NCBI GenBank assembly: GCA_046583355.1
Contig: JAYGCM010000004.1
Span: 1 to 64,000 of the forward strand
DNA length: 64,000 bases
Origin: Deltaproteobacteria bacterium
GTDB lineage: Bacteria > Desulfobacterota > Binatia > UBA12015
Reading direction: 5' to 3'
Shown: piece after piece, positions 19,498 to 37,456 of the stretch
How the letters are laid out: every line of letters begins with the position of its first letter
How positions within the stretch are numbered: position 1 is the first letter of the stretch
Program-made: the position numbers and the translations under genes
The notes under the pieces: generated by a model
The model's database searches: none
What the model was told of the DNA's origin: nothing
The model's input: only the letters and a program-made list of their open reading frames with translations

Positions 19498-20681
19498 GGT
19501 TTATTTCTCCGTAGCCGAGCGAGTCCGGTGCGCATCCGTTCCTGTATCGCTGCGAGGCGGCGCTCGCCCGGCAAGGGCGTTTCGCGCCCGGCGCGGACGA
19601 AGAGAATCAAGCCGATGCTGCCGAGAAGGACGTTGGGCGTCCAGAGTGTCGGGATGATCGGGAAGCGCCCGTTCTGTGCCAGGGCCTCGGCCCCGGCGAG
19701 AAGGAGGTAGTAGGCCAAAATGACCCCGAGGCTTACGGCCAGGCCCCGCGATCGCACAGCTCGGACCGGCTGCAAGCCGAGGGGGATGCCGAGCAGGGCG
19801 AAGATGATCGCGGCGAAGGGAATGGCGTAGCGCCGTTGCAACTCGACACGTTCGCGCAGCGCGGGCGCGCCTTCGCTCTCCAGGGTCTCGATTTGTGCCC
19901 GTAATTGCTCGACCGGGAGTTCGTTCACCGCCCGCGCCCGGTTGGGGAGCCCGCCGAGTGCGGCGCCGATATCGAGCAAGACATCGTAGATCTCGAAGTC
20001 GGTGCGATCGTAGCTCTGGCGCTGCGGAGCGTTGGTGAAGATTGTGCCGTCGAAAAGGCGCAGGTTGAGCGTCTGGGCTTCGGCATCGGCGACCAGTTCG
20101 CCGTGGTTGGCGATCACGGTATTGACGTCGCCGCCGGAGCGGTGGTCGGAGATCAGGATGCGTTTCATCCGGTTGCCCGGGGGCTCGATCTCTTCTGTAT
20201 AGATGATGAGGCCGGCGAAGTCGTCGTTGAAGACCTGTTCCTTCAGGCCGGCCGTAGCCCGCGTGCGCGCGAGGTCGAAGATGCCGGTTTTCAGGGCGGC
20301 ATTGCCCCAAGGCCGCGCGTGCAGCGAGAGCGGGAAGGCCAAAGCCCAGACCAGGAGCGAAAGCACGAGGATTGGCGCCGCAATCTGGTAGAGACTCAGG
20401 CCCGAGGCGCGCATCGCGATGATCTCACTATCCGAGGACAGGCGCCCGACGGCAAGAATCACCCCGAGCAGCAGTGCCATCGGTACCGTAACCTCAAGGA
20501 AGGCAGGCAGAATGTACGAGAAGAGCAGGAGGATCTCCCCGGCGGGGACGCCGCGGTTGACCACGAGCTCGACCAGTTTCATGATCCGCGCGATCAACAA
20601 AATGAACGTGAAGAGCGCGAGACCGCCCGCAAACGGGGCCAGCACCTGGAAGAGGATATATCGTTGAAGCGTTCGCCCCAT
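19494..20681 (-). CDS. lptF: LPS export ABC transporter permease LptF
   Basis: TLQRYIL, GRLSSDSEIIAMRASGLS, LWTPNV. Confidence 0.88.
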   Translation of the reverse strand: MGRTLQRYILFQVLAPFAGGLALFTFILLIARIMKLVELVVNRGVPAGEILLLFSYILPAFLEVTVPMALLLGVILAVGRLSSDSEIIAMRASGLSLYQIAAPILVLSLLVWALAFPLSLHARPWGNAALKTGIFDLARTRATAGLKEQVFNDDFAGLIIYTEEIEPPGNRMKRILISDHRSGGDVNTVIANHGELVADAEAQTLNLRLFDGTIFTNAPQRQSYDRTDFEIYDVLLDIGAALGGLPNRARAVNELPVEQLRAQIETLESEGAPALRERVELQRRYAIPFAAIIFALLGIPLGLQPVRAVRSRGLAVSLGVILAYYLLLAGAEALAQNGRFPIIPTLWTPNVLLGSIGLILFVRAGRETPLPGERRLAAIQERMRTGLARLRRNKP

Positions 20682-21479
20682 GGCGTCCGGCGAAATCTAG
20701 CGGCTGGACCGCGCCGTGTAAATCGGCCGCGACCGGAAGCTGATCGGGGCTACCTGGCGTGCGGCTGGCACGCGGCGACCGCATTCCTGCAAAATCGCCC
20801 CAATGCAGTGCGTCAAGTCCTGCTACAAGCGCCGCCCAAGGCTGAGTTCTCCGGCCTGCTCGGCCGTTCCCGGATCGCGGCCAAGGTAGTTACGCCGGCC
20901 GTGCTCGATAATTTGAGCGGCGGGGTTGTGCACCAAGGCGTGATCGTGCAGGGCGAGGCACCGCCCGCGCCCGGGCTCGCGCCGCTGCTCGAGAGCCGGC
21001 CCCGCCTCTTGCTCGCCCTCGATAATGTCACCGATCCACGCAATATCGGTGCGATTGCACGGACGGCCGAGGCCGCGGGCTTTGGTGGGTTGCTGCTGAC
21101 GCGGGACCGGGCACCGGATCTCTCGCCGGCGCTTGTGAAGACGGCGGCCGGGGCGGTGGAGTTTCTCCCCTTTTGCCGGGTGACGAACCTGGTGCGGGCG
21201 CTCGATATCCTGGGAAAGGCCGGATATTGGCGGATCGGCTTGGATGCCGGGGGCGAAATCGACGTTCTGGATGTCGATGCGGTGCCCGGAATGCCGGCCG
21301 TTCTGGTTGCCGGGGCAGAGGGGAAGGGCATTCGCCCGCTGGTTCGGCGCAGTCTGGACCGGATCGTGAGTATCCCTATGGTCGGGCATACTGCGTCGCT
21401 GAACGTCTCGGTTGCCTGTGGGATCGCCATTGCTGCCATGGCCCGCGCGGGGCGGGCGGCGGAGGGGCCTCGACCTTGA
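20664..21479 (+). CDS. rlmB: 23S rRNA (G2251)-2'-O-methyltransferase RlmB (TrmH/SpoU family); start uncertain
   Basis: GWHA and HQGV N-domain, LDNVTDPRNIGAIARTA, GAEGKG, SIPMVGHTASLNVSVA; in-frame TTG 20664 with GAGG upstream. Confidence 0.8.
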   Translation: MKRSPHGVRRNLAAGPRRVNRPRPEADRGYLACGWHAATAFLQNRPNAVRQVLLQAPPKAEFSGLLGRSRIAAKVVTPAVLDNLSGGVVHQGVIVQGEAPPAPGLAPLLESRPRLLLALDNVTDPRNIGAIARTAEAAGFGGLLLTRDRAPDLSPALVKTAAGAVEFLPFCRVTNLVRALDILGKAGYWRIGLDAGGEIDVLDVDAVPGMPAVLVAGAEGKGIRPLVRRSLDRIVSIPMVGHTASLNVSVACGIAIAAMARAGRAAEGPRP

Positions 21480-21503
21480 CACCCGTTTCTTTAATGGTAA
21501 CAA
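21476..21503 (+). promoter_or_regulatory. Candidate sigma70 promoter for the tRNA/secE cluster
   Basis: TTGACA-N16-TAACAA with extended TG. Confidence 0.4.
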
Positions 21504-21621
21504 CGACTTTTTTGACTCATCCTAGCTGCGGGCGCGGTACTCTCGTGGTGCGTGCTTCGCACGGCGGCTGAGTTTTCTCAGATTTTTCAAATAGATGGGG
21601 CGTTGCTAGTCGGGGCGCTCA

Positions 21622-21694
21622 GCCGATGTGGCTCAATTGGTAGAGCGACTGATTTGTAATCAGTAGGTTGTCGGTTCAAGTCCGATCATCGGCT
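21622..21694 (+). tRNA. tRNA-Thr(TGT)
   Basis: GCCGATG/CATCGGC; ACTGA-TTTGTAA-TCAGT. Confidence 0.95.
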
Positions 21695-21714
21695 TACGTC
21701 GGCGCGCGAGTAGC

Positions 21715-21797
21715 GGAGAGGTACCCAAGTGGCCAACGGGAGCAGACTGTAAATCTGCCGGCGTAAGCCTACGTAGGTTCGAATCCTACCCTCTCCA
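21715..21797 (+). tRNA. tRNA-Tyr(GTA)
   Basis: GGAGAGG/CCTCTCC; GCAGA-CTGTAAA-TCTGC; long variable arm. Confidence 0.95.
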
Positions 21798-21860
21798 CTT
21801 AATTAGACAAAAGAACATGATTGGTTGGACGGCACCGGGCTTTATTGCCGGGGTCGGCGC

Positions 21861-21934
21861 GCGGGAATAGCTCAGCTGGCTAGAGCACGAGCCTTCCAAG
21901 CTCGGGGTCGCGGGTTCGAATCCCGTTTCCCGCT
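21861..21934 (+). tRNA. tRNA-Gly(TCC)
   Basis: GCGGGAA/TTCCCGC; CGAGC-CTTCCAA-GCTCG. Confidence 0.95.
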
Positions 21935-21974
21935 CCTGATTTAGAGAAGAAATATTCGGTCGTATAAGACGAAG

Positions 21975-22047
21975 GCCCAGGTAGCTCAGTTGGTAGAGCA
22001 CGTCATTGGTAATGACGAGGTCGGCGGTTCGAGCCCGCTCCTGGGCT
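21975..22047 (+). tRNA. tRNA-Thr(GGT)
   Basis: GCCCAGG/CCTGGGC; CGTCA-TTGGTAA-TGACG. Confidence 0.95.
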
Positions 22048-22120
22048 CGCAGGAAAGAAGTTCTGGCGGGGACATGGTAAGTGCAACGTGTACCTCCAGG
22101 GTGCGGGTAGGAAAATACAA

Positions 22121-22195
22121 GGGCCAGTAGCTCGAATTGGCTAGAGCATCGGACTCCAAATCCGAGGGTTGCAGGTTCGAACCCTGCCTGGCCTG
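22121..22195 (+). tRNA. tRNA-Trp(CCA)
   Basis: GGGCCAG/CTGGCCT; TCGGA-CTCCAAA-TCCGA; precedes secE. Confidence 0.95.
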
Positions 22196-22251
22196 TTGAA
22201 CATCGATCGAGGCGGTTCCCCTTTGGGGGCCGGCTCAGGTGAAATCTGAAA

Positions 22252-22521
22252 ATGGCGTCCAGAAACGAAACGAATCAGACATCCGGAGCGAAAAGTGCTG
22301 CGGGAGGATCCATGGGAGGCGTGATGACTCTCGTGCCTCGTGCTGTGCAATTCGTTCGTGAGGCTTGGTACGAAGTATCCAAGGTCCACTTCCCGACCCG
22401 CCAGGAAACCTGGCAGGCGACGGCGGTTGTGGTCGCCGTGGTGCTGGTGGCAGCGGTCTTCCTCGGCCTGGTCGACTTCGTGCTCTCGTATATCATGCAG
22501 CTCTTCATGGAGACGGCCTGA
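22252..22521 (+). CDS. secE: Preprotein translocase subunit SecE (start may be 22312 or 22324)
   Basis: FVREAWYEVSKVHFPTRQET plus a TM helix; between tRNA-Trp and nusG. Confidence 0.92.
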   Translation: MASRNETNQTSGAKSAAGGSMGGVMTLVPRAVQFVREAWYEVSKVHFPTRQETWQATAVVVAVVLVAAVFLGLVDFVLSYIMQLFMETA

Positions 22522-22573
22522 TGGTTTCGTTTTTCCACAGCTGGCGCCTGCGCGCTGCGGGCGGGAGGGTCTG

Positions 22574-23236
22574 ATGTCGAATGAGCCCGAAAGCGGCGCG
22601 GTCGCGGTAAAGCCACGGACCTATTGGTTCGTCGTACATACCTACTCCGGCTATGAGGCCAAGGTTCAGGCCTCGATGGAAGAGCGCAAGCGCGCCGAGT
22701 TGGTGCGCAAAGAAGCGGAAATCGCCAGGTTCAAAGCGCGCGACTCGCTGACCGAACGCGACGAAATGATGCTCGGAGAGGCCGAAACCGCCGTAGAGGA
22801 ACTCAACTCCTTCTACGAGGTTCTGGTGCCGGCCGAGAAGGTCGTCGAGTTGGTCAAGGGCGAGCGCCGCACCTCGACACGCAAATTTTTCCCAGGCTAT
22901 GTGCTGATTCATGTCGGCCGGCTCGGGGATTTTCTCAAAGGATTCATCCGTGCGACGCCTCGGGTCACCGGCTTTGTCGGTGGCACGAACGATCCGCCGG
23001 CGATCAGCGATGCCGAGGTCCTGGAGATCACCCAGCAGATGGAAGAGGGGGCGACCAAGCCCAAGGATCTCTTCTCGGTGGGAGATACCATCAAGGTAAT
23101 CGACGGTCCTTTCCTGGACTTCACCGGCGAGGTCGAAGGTGTGAAGCCCGAGAAGGGCAAGCTCAGGGTTCTGATCAGCATCTTCGGGCGCGCAACGCCT
23201 GTCGAACTCGAATACGTCCAGGTCGAGAAGGCCTGA
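22574..23236 (+). CDS. nusG: Transcription termination/antitermination factor NusG (with insertion)
   Basis: [28 protein letters not shown] domain DGPF...[10 protein letters not shown]. Confidence 0.96.
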   Translation: MSNEPESGAVAVKPRTYWFVVHTYSGYEAKVQASMEERKRAELVRKEAEIARFKARDSLTERDEMMLGEAETAVEELNSFYEVLVPAEKVVELVKGERRTSTRKFFPGYVLIHVGRLGDFLKGFIRATPRVTGFVGGTNDPPAISDAEVLEITQQMEEGATKPKDLFSVGDTIKVIDGPFLDFTGEVEGVKPEKGKLRVLISIFGRATPVELEYVQVEKA

Positions 23237-23303
23237 GTGGCGCATCGCGCCTCATTTAATCTATCACGCAACCGACACGCGACGGACACGCAGAGGAATA
23301 GCA

Positions 23304-23729
23304 GTGGCAAAGAAGGTAACCGGCGAGATCAAACTCCAGATTCCCGCAGGCAAGGCGAATCCAAGCCCGCCTGTTGGGCCGGCGCTGGGTCAGCGCGGCG
23401 TGAATATCATGGAATTCTGCAAGGCGTTCAACGCCGAGACGCAGCAGCAGGCCGGGCTGATTATTCCGGTTGTGATTACGGTCTACGCAGACCGCTCTTT
23501 CACCTTCATCACCAAGACGCCGCCGGCGTCCGTCCTGCTTCTGAAGGCAGCGAAGCTGAAGAAGGGCTCCGGTGAGCCACGCCGTACCTCCGTTGGCTCG
23601 GTGACCCAGGCGCAGGTTCGCGAGATCGCCGAGCTGAAAATGCCGGATCTGAATGCCATCACGATTGAAGGCGCTGAGAATATCATCGCCGGAACCGCAC
23701 GCAGCATGGGTCTCTCGGTCGAAGGCTGA
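23304..23729 (+). CDS. rplK: 50S ribosomal protein L11
   Basis: [21 protein letters not shown]. Confidence 0.98.
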   Translation: MAKKVTGEIKLQIPAGKANPSPPVGPALGQRGVNIMEFCKAFNAETQQQAGLIIPVVITVYADRSFTFITKTPPASVLLLKAAKLKKGSGEPRRTSVGSVTQAQVREIAELKMPDLNAITIEGAENIIAGTARSMGLSVEG

Positions 23730-23769
23730 CCTTTCGGTTCAGCGATACGAATTAGAAGAAAGCGGAATC

Positions 23770-24474
23770 ATGGGACGCACGAGTAAACGGATGACCAAAG
23801 CACGCGAGAAAGTCGACTCGGCCAAGCGCTATAGCTTGGACGAGGCGCTTGCGGTCGCATTGGACGCGGACGCACCGAAATTCGACGAAACCGTCGAGTT
23901 GGCGGTTCGTCTCGGCGTCGACCCTCGCCAAGCCGATCAGAACGTCCGCGGAACCTGCCAATTGCCCCACGGCACCGGCAAGACCGTGCGCGTCCTGGTC
24001 TTCGCCAAGGGCGAGAAGTTGGCCGAGGCCGAGAAGGCCGGCGCCGATTTCGCCGGCGGCGAAGAGCTCGCCGCGAAAATCACAGGCGAAGGCTGGCTCG
24101 ATTTCGACAAGGTCATCGCCACGCCCGATATGATGGCGGTCGTCGGCAAACTCGGTAAGGTCCTCGGACCGCGCGGCATGATGCCGAACCCGAAGGTCGG
24201 TACGGTGACGATGGACGTCGCGCGCGCCGTCTCGGAGGTCAAGGCCGGCAAGGTCGAGTACCGCGTCGAGAAAGCCGGCATCATCCATGTGCCGATCGGC
24301 AAGCGCTCCTTCGGGGTTGAGAAACTGGTAGAGAACGCCAACGCCGTGATTGACGGTCTGGTTCGAGCCAAGCCCTCTACCGCCAAGGGCACCTACCTCC
24401 GCTCGGTCGCCGTCTCCACGACGATGGGCCCAGGCGTGAGTATCGATCCCGCCAGCGCAAACCTGGCCGCTTAG
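23770..24474 (+). CDS. rplA: 50S ribosomal protein L1
   Basis: [30 protein letters not shown]. Confidence 0.98.
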   Translation: MGRTSKRMTKAREKVDSAKRYSLDEALAVALDADAPKFDETVELAVRLGVDPRQADQNVRGTCQLPHGTGKTVRVLVFAKGEKLAEAEKAGADFAGGEELAAKITGEGWLDFDKVIATPDMMAVVGKLGKVLGPRGMMPNPKVGTVTMDVARAVSEVKAGKVEYRVEKAGIIHVPIGKRSFGVEKLVENANAVIDGLVRAKPSTAKGTYLRSVAVSTTMGPGVSIDPASANLAA

Positions 24475-24498
24475 CGGCACCGCAGGGAGAGCACCAAC

Positions 24499-25026
24499 GT
24501 GAATCTGCAAGAAAAAACTGAAACCGTCGAAGGTCTGAAAGACCGTTTTTCCCGCGCTACAGTGACGCTGCTGGCGGAGCCGCGGGGCCTTTCGGTCGCG
24601 AGCGTCTCCGACTTGCGCAACAAAGTGCGCGCGCTCGACGGCGAGTACAAGATTGCGAAAAACTCGCTGGCGAAGCTGGCGATTGCCGACACTCCGAGTG
24701 CCGCTCTCGCCGACCAGCTCAAGGGGCAAACGGCCCTGGTCTTTGGCTACGGTGACCCGATCGCCGTGCTCAAGGAAATTGTCGACTATATCAAAGAGAA
24801 CGAAGACAAGATGGACGTCCGGGCGGCTGTGCTCGATGGCGACCTCTATGACGAAGCGGGCGTTCGGAAGCTGTCGAAACTCGGCAGCCTGAACGAAGTC
24901 CGCGGGCAGTTTCTCCGCATCCTTTCGGCGCCGGGCACCCAGCTCGTGCGTCTCATCAGCGAGCCGGGCGGTCAGATTGCCCGTGTTTTGCAGGCGCGCG
25001 CCGACGCTGGCGCCGCCGGGGAATGA
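24499..25026 (+). CDS. rplJ: 50S ribosomal protein L10
   Basis: GLSVASVSDLR, KIAKNSLAKLA; position between rplA and rplL. Confidence 0.95.
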   Translation: MNLQEKTETVEGLKDRFSRATVTLLAEPRGLSVASVSDLRNKVRALDGEYKIAKNSLAKLAIADTPSAALADQLKGQTALVFGYGDPIAVLKEIVDYIKENEDKMDVRAAVLDGDLYDEAGVRKLSKLGSLNEVRGQFLRILSAPGTQLVRLISEPGGQIARVLQARADAGAAGE

Positions 25027-25098
25027 TCGCAGCGGTTCGTAACGAACCCCTAACCAAAACGGGCCTTGGCCCGACCGAACGAGGGAGTAAATAAGACC

Positions 25099-25485
25099 AT
25101 GGCCATGACAGCGGAGCAGATGAACGAGCTGATCGAAAACCTTTCGGGCCTCACAATTCTTGAGGCCTCTGAGCTGGTAAAGCAGCTTGAAGACAAATGG
25201 GGCGTCTCCGCGGCCGCTCCGGTTGCGGTTGCAGCCGCCGGCGGCGGTGACGGTGGCGGCGCAGAAGCCGAGAAGGACGAATTCAGCGTTATTCTCAAGG
25301 CAGCCGGCGACAAGAAGATCCAGGTCATCAAGACCGTCCGTGAGATCACGGGGCTCGGCCTGAAAGAGGCCAAGGATCTCGTCGACAGCGCACCCAAGGC
25401 GGTCAAAGAAGGCCTGCCCAAGGTGGAAGCCGAGGAGATCAAGGCCAAACTCGAAGGGGCCGGCGCTACCGTCGAGCTCGATTGA
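25099..25485 (+). CDS. rplL: 50S ribosomal protein L7/L12
   Basis: [32 protein letters not shown]. Confidence 0.97.
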   Translation: MAMTAEQMNELIENLSGLTILEASELVKQLEDKWGVSAAAPVAVAAAGGGDGGGAEAEKDEFSVILKAAGDKKIQVIKTVREITGLGLKEAKDLVDSAPKAVKEGLPKVEAEEIKAKLEGAGATVELD

Positions 25486-25540
25486 GCAGCGTGCGCGCCC
25501 TCGGGCGCATGTCCTTGCGGACAACAAAAACAGCGGAAGT

Positions 25541-25581
25541 GAGCTGCGCGGGGCCCGGTGGGTCCCGTGCGCGCTCGTTTT
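25541..25581 (+). terminator. Stem-loop with short T-run in rplL-rpoB spacer (possible attenuator)
   Basis: GAGC-TGCGCGGGGCCC-GGT-GGGTCCCGTGCG-CGCTC-GTTTT. Confidence 0.4.
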
Positions 25582-25643
25582 CAGGCTCGAAGAGTCGTAT
25601 TGCTGCGCTTGGCGCACCGGTACGACAGGAGCGAAGAGCATAG

Positions 25644-29792
<4,149 letters not shown>

Positions 29793-29795
29793 TCG

Positions 29796-34072
<4,277 letters not shown>

Positions 34073-34076
<4 letters not shown>

Positions 34077-34101
34077 CAGCCCGCTCTTCGTTCCCTAAAC
34101 C
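34073..34101 (+). promoter_or_regulatory. Candidate sigma70 promoter of the str cluster
   Basis: TTGACA-N17-TAAACC overlapping the rpoC stop. Confidence 0.45.
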
Positions 34102-34243
34102 CCGAGAGTTTTCAAGGCTTCCTCCAGTCGCCGAATCCGGTGGCCCTGTCAGGCGGGAAGAGTAACATTAATTATTAGCGTCGCTAAACTATGGCGCTGC
34201 CTCGCAGAAGGCGAGTGAATCGATCGAGGAACCTGGACCCCTC

Positions 34244-34615
34244 ATGCCGACCATTAATCAGCTGGTAAAAAAAGGACGCGTGGTACAGAAGCGTCGTCCG
34301 AACGTGCCGGCTCTCGATAAGTCCCCGCAAAAGCGGGGCGTTTGTACCAGGGTCTATACATCGACCCCGAAAAAGCCGAACTCGGCGCTGCGTAAAGTGG
34401 CCCGTGTCCGACTGACGAACGGTGCCGAGGTCACGTCCTACATTCCGGGTATCGGTCACAACCTGCAGGAACATTCGGTCGTTCTCATTCGAGGCGGGCG
34501 TGTGAAGGATCTGCCCGGCGTGCGCTACCACATTGTGCGTGGCACGCTCGACACGGTCGGAGTGCAGGATCGCAGACAGGGTCGCTCCAAGTACGGCGCA
34601 AAACGACCTAAGTAG
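34244..34615 (+). CDS. rpsL: 30S ribosomal protein S12
   Basis: [30 protein letters not shown]. Confidence 0.99.
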   Translation: MPTINQLVKKGRVVQKRRPNVPALDKSPQKRGVCTRVYTSTPKKPNSALRKVARVRLTNGAEVTSYIPGIGHNLQEHSVVLIRGGRVKDLPGVRYHIVRGTLDTVGVQDRRQGRSKYGAKRPK

Positions 34616-34812
34616 GGTGCGCGCTTGAAGCGCATTCAGCCAGGTCTTAATTGAACATCTAAGGGAATCCTCGGTGGACCTTACTCGTGATCGGGTAGGT
34701 GCGGGCGGGGGCGTGCGGACATCGGGCATCAGCCAGGTGGCCGCCGATTGCGGGAACTGTTTTCCATCGGCGAAGAAATCGCCAATGGGCAAACCGAAAG
34801 CCAGAAGAAACA

Positions 34813-35283
34813 ATGCCACGTAAAGGTGAGGTACGCCGGCGGGAAGTCCTGCCGGATCCGAAATACCATGACAAGGTCGTCACGAAGTTCATGAACAACA
34901 TGATGCTTCAGGGCAAGAAGAGCCTCGTCGAGGGGATCTTCTACGGTGCTCTCGACATGATCGCGGAGCGTACGCAGGATGACCCGCTTGAGATCTTCAA
35001 GGCGGCGCTCGATAACGCCAAGCCAGGCGTCGAGGTTCGTTCTCGTCGCGTCGGCGGGGCGACCTATCAGGTGCCAGTCGAGGTTCGTCAGAGTCGGCGG
35101 GTTGCTTTGGCGATGCGCTGGATTGTGCTGAGCGCGCGTGCGCGCCATGAGAAGTCGATGGCCGAGCGCCTTGCGGCGGAGTTCATGGACGCAGCGAATA
35201 TGCGTGGCAACGCCGTCAAACGGCGTGAAGACACCCACCGGATGGCAGAAGCGAACAACGCCTTCTCACATTATCGCTGGTAG
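34813..35283 (+). CDS. rpsG: 30S ribosomal protein S7
   Basis: [29 protein letters not shown]. Confidence 0.98.
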   Translation: MPRKGEVRRREVLPDPKYHDKVVTKFMNNMMLQGKKSLVEGIFYGALDMIAERTQDDPLEIFKAALDNAKPGVEVRSRRVGGATYQVPVEVRQSRRVALAMRWIVLSARARHEKSMAERLAAEFMDAANMRGNAVKRREDTHRMAEANNAFSHYRW

Positions 35284-35295
35284 GGAAGCGGAACC

Positions 35296-37374
35296 ATGGC
35301 ACGCACCATTCCTCTCAAGAATATCCGCAATATCGGCATCATGGCCCATATTGACGCGGGCAAGACCACAACGACCGAGCGGATTCTCTTCTACACCGGC
35401 ATCAACTACAAAATAGGCGAGGTCCACGATGGCTCGGCCACGATGGATTGGATGGAGCAGGAGCAGGAGCGTGGCATCACCATCACCTCAGCTGCGACTA
35501 CTTGCGAGTGGGCGGACCACCGCATCAATATCATCGACACGCCCGGCCACGTCGACTTCACGATGGAAGTCGAGCGCTCCTTGCGGGTACTCGACGGCGC
35601 GGTTGCACTCTTCGATTCCGTAGCCGGGGTCGAGCCTCAATCCGAGACCGTCTGGCGCCAGGCCGACAAATACGGCGTTCCTCGTATCGCCTTCATCAAC
35701 AAGATGGACCGTATCGGTGCCGACTTCGAGATGAGCATCGGCATGATCGAAGACCGCCTCGGGGCGAATCCCGTCCGCCTGAACCTGCCGATTGGTGCCG
35801 AAGAAGATTTCCTCGGTGTGGTCGATTTGGTCAAGATGAAGGCGCTGATCTGGGACACCGAAGATATAGGTTCGAGCTACCGCGAGGAGGATATCCCCGC
35901 CGAGCTCGAAACCGACGCCGCCACCTATCGTGAGGCATTGGTCGAGGCCGCCGCCGAGAGCGACGACGCCCTGATGGAGAAGTATCTCGAGGGCGCCGAG
36001 ATCGGCATGGACGAGCTCAAGGCCGCCGTCCGCAAGGCGACATTGACGGGTGCGCTTGTGCCGGTACTCTGTGGCACGGCGTTCAAGAACAAGGGTGTCC
36101 AGCCTCTGCTCGATGCTGTCGTGGACTATCTGCCGTCGCCGCTCGACAAGAAGGCCATCGAAGGGCTCGATCATAAGGGTGATACGATCACCCGCGCCAC
36201 GGCAGATGACGCGCCCTTCAGCGCGCTCGCCTTCAAGATCATGACCGACCCCTTCGTCGGTACGCTGACTTTCTTCCGGGTCTACTCGGGCTCGATGGTG
36301 GCCGGCTCCTACGTGTATAACTCCGTGCGCCAGCGCAAAGAGCGTGTCGGCCGCATTTTGAAGATGCACGCCAACAAGCGTGAAGAGATCAAAGAGGCCA
36401 TGGCCGGCGATATCGCCGCTGCGGTCGGACTCAAAGATACCCGCACCGGCGACACTCTTTGCGCCGAGAAAGATCCGATCATCCTGGAGCCGATCGACTT
36501 CCCGGATCCGGTCATTGATATCGCGATCGAACCCAAGACCAAGAGCGACCAGGAGAAGCTCTCCACCGCGCTGGGCAAGCTGGCGGTGGAAGATCCTTCT
36601 TTCCGCGTGCGCTCCGACGAGGAAACCGGCCAGACGATCATCGCCGGCATGGGCGAGCTCCATTTGGAGATCATCGTCGACCGCCTGCTGCGCGAGTTCA
36701 GCGTGGATGCCAATGTCGGCAAGCCGCAGGTCGCCTACCGCGAGACGATCGGCAAGCAAGTCGAGCAGGAGACCAAGTTCTCCCGCCAGACAGGTGGTCG
36801 CGGCCAATTCGGTCACGTCATTCTCGAAGTTTCACCGCAGAAGCCGGGCGAAGGCATCGTCTTCAGCGACAAGATCAAGGGCGGCAATATTCCCAAGGAA
36901 TATATCCCGGCTGTAGAGAAGGGCGTCCGCGAGGCCCTGCAGACTGGCGTGATGGCTGGCTACCCGGTCGTCGATGTCAAGATCACGCTGCTCGACGGCT
37001 CCTACCACGAAGTCGACTCCTCGGAGATGGCCTTCAAGATCGCCGGTTCCATGGCGATCAAGGACGCATGTCGCAAGGCGAAGCCGGTTCTGCTTGAGCC
37101 TGTTATGGCAGTCGAGGTCGTCACCCCAGAAGATTTCATGGGTGATGTCATCGGCAACCTGAGCAGCCGCCGCGGCAAGGTTCAGGGCATGGAGCCACGC
37201 GCTGGTGCCCAGGTGGTGACGGCCGAGGTGCCGCTCAAGGAAATGTTCGGCTATTCCACCGAGCTGCGTTCGATGACGCAGGGCCGGGCCAATTACAGCA
37301 TGCAATTCGCTCAATACGAGGCAGCGCCGAGTTCGATCTGTGAAGAGATCACGGCGAAGGCTGCCGGTAGCTGA
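35296..37374 (+). CDS. fusA: Elongation factor G
   Basis: [30 protein letters not shown]. Confidence 0.99.
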   Translation: MARTIPLKNIRNIGIMAHIDAGKTTTTERILFYTGINYKIGEVHDGSATMDWMEQEQERGITITSAATTCEWADHRINIIDTPGHVDFTMEVERSLRVLDGAVALFDSVAGVEPQSETVWRQADKYGVPRIAFINKMDRIGADFEMSIGMIEDRLGANPVRLNLPIGAEEDFLGVVDLVKMKALIWDTEDIGSSYREEDIPAELETDAATYREALVEAAAESDDALMEKYLEGAEIGMDELKAAVRKATLTGALVPVLCGTAFKNKGVQPLLDAVVDYLPSPLDKKAIEGLDHKGDTITRATADDAPFSALAFKIMTDPFVGTLTFFRVYSGSMVAGSYVYNSVRQRKERVGRILKMHANKREEIKEAMAGDIAAAVGLKDTRTGDTLCAEKDPIILEPIDFPDPVIDIAIEPKTKSDQEKLSTALGKLAVEDPSFRVRSDEETGQTIIAGMGELHLEIIVDRLLREFSVDANVGKPQVAYRETIGKQVEQETKFSRQTGGRGQFGHVILEVSPQKPGEGIVFSDKIKGGNIPKEYIPAVEKGVREALQTGVMAGYPVVDVKITLLDGSYHEVDSSEMAFKIAGSMAIKDACRKAKPVLLEPVMAVEVVTPEDFMGDVIGNLSSRRGKVQGMEPRAGAQVVTAEVPLKEMFGYSTELRSMTQGRANYSMQFAQYEAAPSSICEEITAKAAGS

Positions 37375-37456
37375 TTAGAAATTAATTTTTGATGAGGGGG
37401 CCCCATGCCGGGGCGCCCGAGCCGGGACAGGTCCCGGTGCAGACGGGGAGATACAG

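Noticed and set aside
19905..20663. Apparent 524-aa ORF suggesting a large N-terminal fusion to RlmB
   Set aside because: The extra part is the antisense shadow of lptF; RlmB similarity starts only near 20750
22074..22130. Tiny ORF MVSATCTSRVRVGKYKGQ in the slot where rpmG might be
   Set aside because: No convincing L33 similarity and it runs into tRNA-Trp
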